This document shows, one piece after another, positions 61,306 through 64,000 of a stretch of DNA of 64,000 nt. Positions within the stretch are counted from its first letter, which is position 1. Every line of letters begins with the position of its first letter. The position numbers and the translations under genes are program-made. Source of the stretch: Candidatus Krumholzibacteriota bacterium (GTDB taxonomy: Bacteria; Krumholzibacteriota; Krumholzibacteriia; JAJRXK01); NCBI GenBank assembly GCA_963764625.1, contig CAVXTH010000001.1:146681-210680 (forward strand), written 5' to 3'. The notes below the pieces were generated by a model. That model was not told the DNA's origin. It saw nothing but the letters and a program-made list of their open reading frames with translations, and searched no databases.

Positions 61306-64000
61306 ATGGTCGACAAGAAGCTCGCTCACTACGAAATCGTCGAACTTCTGGGAAAGGGCGGGATGGGAGAGGTCTATCGCGCGCGGGACAGCAAGCTCGA
61401 ACGCGACGTCGCCCTGAAAATCCTGCCCAACGAGCTCGCGAGTGATCCCGAACGCGCGGCCCGCTTCCAGCGCGAAGCCCGAGCCCTGGCCAGCCTCCAG
61501 CATCCCAACGTCGCTTCGATCTACGGCTTCGAGGAAGTCGACGGGGTGCGCTTTCTGGTCATGGAGCTGGTGGAGGGAAGTGACCTCGCCCAGCGTCTGC
61601 GCCAGGGAGCGATCCCTCCCGATGAGGCACTCGACATCGCGCGCCAGATCGCGGCCGGCCTGGAAGCCGCACACGAGACGGGGCTGGTTCATCGCGATCT
61701 CAAACCGGCCAACATCATGCTGACTCCCAGCGGCGAGGTGAAGATCCTCGACTTCGGTCTGGCGCGCGCGTGGTTCGGCGACGCCAACGACGAGCGCGAC
61801 ATCGCCCACTCGCCCACCATCACCGCGGCCATGACCCAGGCCGGGACCATACTGGGGACCGCCGCCTACATGAGCCCCGAACAGGCGCGAGGCAAGAACG
61901 TCGATCGCCGCGCGGACATCTGGGCCTTCGGGGTGATTCTGTGGGAGATGCTCACCGGCAAGCAGCTCTTCGAAGGCGAGACCGTGAGTGACACCCTGGC
62001 CGCGGTCCTGCGCGCCGAGCCGACTTGGGAGTCGCTCCCCACCGAATCCGCTCCGGTATTGTGTCATCTCATCGAGCGCAGTCTACAGCGCGATCCCAAG
62101 CGGCGACTGCGAGACATCGGAGAAGCGCGCATTCTGCTCGAGGGGGGAGAGGTAGGAAGTTCGATCCTGGGACTCTCCGCGCTGGGGACGCCCGCCGACA
62201 CGGCGACTGCGACAAAGAAAGGCTGGCCACTGCCCGCTTTGGGCGTGATCGCGCTCGTGTGCCTCGTGCTGGGATCGGTCCTCGGGTGGAAAGTTCTCGC
62301 CAAGCCCGCCGGGCCACAACTTTTGCACTTGATGATTCCGCCGCCGGAAGACTCCGAGTTCAACCTGGATGACAACGCGCCGGGCCCCGCGCGGCTTTCT
62401 CCCGACGGAACCATGGTCACCTTCACCGCGATTGACGACAAGGGCGTGACGGCCCTCTATTTGCGCTACCTGGATCAGCCCGAAGCGGCCCAGCTCTCCG
62501 GCACCGAAACCGCGGCCTATCCTTTCTGGTCGGCCGACAACCGCTACATCGGATTCTTCAGCATGAAAGAGGGGAAGCTGCGCAAGATCGCGGTGCGGGG
62601 AGGTCCCCCGGTCACTCTCTGCCCCGCCAGCAATGGCAAAGGAGGCAGCTGGAACAAGGACGGCGTGATCCTCTTCGCTCCCAGCCATGACGCCGTCATC
62701 CACCGGGTCTCGGACACCGGCGGCGATCCCATCGCGATCACCAAGTTTCAGGGTACCGAGGACTCGCACCGCCACCCCCGCTTTCTTCCCGATGGAAAGC
62801 ACTTCCTGTATTTGGCGCGCCAACCCAACGTCGGTGGAATGTACTCGATCTACCTGGCATCGCTGGACAGCACCGAAACGCCGCGCGTGATCACCAAGAG
62901 CGAGGCACAGCCCGAATATTCCAAAGGAAGTCTTTTGACGGTGCGCGAGGGAGTGCTGCTCGCAACTCCCTTCAAGCTGAGCGATGAGAAGCTCACCGAA
63001 GGAGGCACGCCGCTGGTGGACAATGTCTACGTCTACAGCTCGGGTGCGGCAGTGGGCAACTACTCGGCCTCTACGACGGGAATGCTCCTCTATCAAACGG
63101 GTTCCGCCGTCGCCACCCGCTTTCTGCAGAGCACCGACCTCAGCACTAACAGCACCTCGGTGCTGGGCGAATCGGGACAGGTCTACTTTCCGCGCATCTC
63201 TCCCGACGGAAAACTGGCGGTGGTCGAAATAAAATCCGGAGACGACGAGAGCAGCGACCTGTGGTTGGTCGATTTACAGAGCGGCCTACGCACGCGCTTC
63301 ACCTTTGCCAAGGGAAACGAGAGCTTTCCCACCTGGACCCCCGATGGCAAGTACATCATCTACGGCGCCTCGCACGACAGCACCTTCCAGATCGTCAAGC
63401 AACCCCTGGAGGGAACGGGCAGCGCGACCGTCCTCGTGGAGAGCAAGACGGCTCCTCCACCCCTTCTCGGTAAGCCCCGATGGGAGTTTGCTTCTCTATG
63501 ATCAGCGGAAGGAGGGCAGCGATGTTGACATCGAACTCCTTCCGCTGAATCCACCGGGAGAGCCGAGCGAGTTCCTCGCCACGCCGGAGTTCGAAGGGGA
63601 CGGACAGTTCTCCCCCGACGGGCGTTGGGTGGCCTATCACGCAAAGTCCGAGAACAGCTTCGACGTTTTCGTGCGTTCGGCCAAAGGCGGGGCCCGCAAG
63701 TGGCAGGTCAGCACCGACGGAGCCGTCTATCCCAAGTGGAGTCCCGACGGCAAGGAACTGTGGGTCAACAAATTCAATGGCACCATCACCGCCTTTGCCG
63801 TCGACGGGACGGGCAACACCTTCCAGGTGGGTGATGCGCACGACCTTGGCCAGTGTGAGTCGCCCTCCCAATCTCGGCGTCGCCTACGACCTCTATCCCG
63901 ACGGCAAGAGTATTCTCCAGGCAGGAAGGGATCAGTCGAAGAAGGAGAAGGCCACCTTCCTCCAGCTCGTCACCGACTGGAAGCGGGGGTTGGTGCAGTA
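61306..64000 (+). CDS. Hanks-type Ser/Thr kinase with TM helix and TolB/PD40-like beta-propeller (frameshifts near 63455 and 63865)
   Basis: LGKGGMGEVY, VALK, HRDLKPAN, DFG and GTAAYMSPEQ; SPDG repeats; last frame ends VTDWKRGLVQ followed by TA at the window edge. Confidence 0.9.

Noticed and set aside
1-64000. CRISPR arrays, tRNA/rRNA genes, IS elements, prophage
   Set aside because: No spaced repeats, cloverleaf or rRNA signatures, transposase, integrase or phage genes were recognised by eye; small elements could have been missed.

Overview
A 64-kb, GC-rich, densely coding bacterial chromosomal segment, mostly housekeeping and accessory genes. No rRNA, tRNA, CRISPR array, integrase or transposase was recognised. 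In order it contains: an SbcD/Mre11-like nuclease with a partial SMC-like ATPase; an AGCS symporter, a DUF5916-like protein and a phosphodiesterase-TPR lipoprotein; an APH-like kinase; a Tat amidase; an orphan amino-methyltransferase with a NUDIX hydrolase; and a beta-helix lipoprotein. Next is an 11-subunit complex I-like operon (nuoABCDHIJKLMN, no nuoEFG), divergent from an ArsR-like regulator, rlmH and a NuoE-fold [2Fe-2S] ferredoxin, with a strong palindrome between the two units. An OppA-like binding protein is coupled to a hybrid histidine kinase and a receiver, with no ABC permease nearby. The rest holds several RNA-modification genes, M49, CPBP, SppA and PA-domain peptidases, a MORN-repeat/GT-C fusion, an extended HDAC, a patatin, a TolC-MFP-RND efflux operon, DUF2237 and a Ser/Thr kinase with a beta-propeller. 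About 15-20 apparent single-base indels, many in short homopolymer runs, suggest an unpolished long-read assembly rather than pseudogenes. A C-terminal 'PNPFNP' FlgD-Ig domain suggests an FCB-superphylum candidate lineage (inference). The best leads are the EFG-less complex I with its ferredoxin and regulator, and the transporter-less SBP-kinase sensory module. All family calls come from motif recognition by eye, not database searches.
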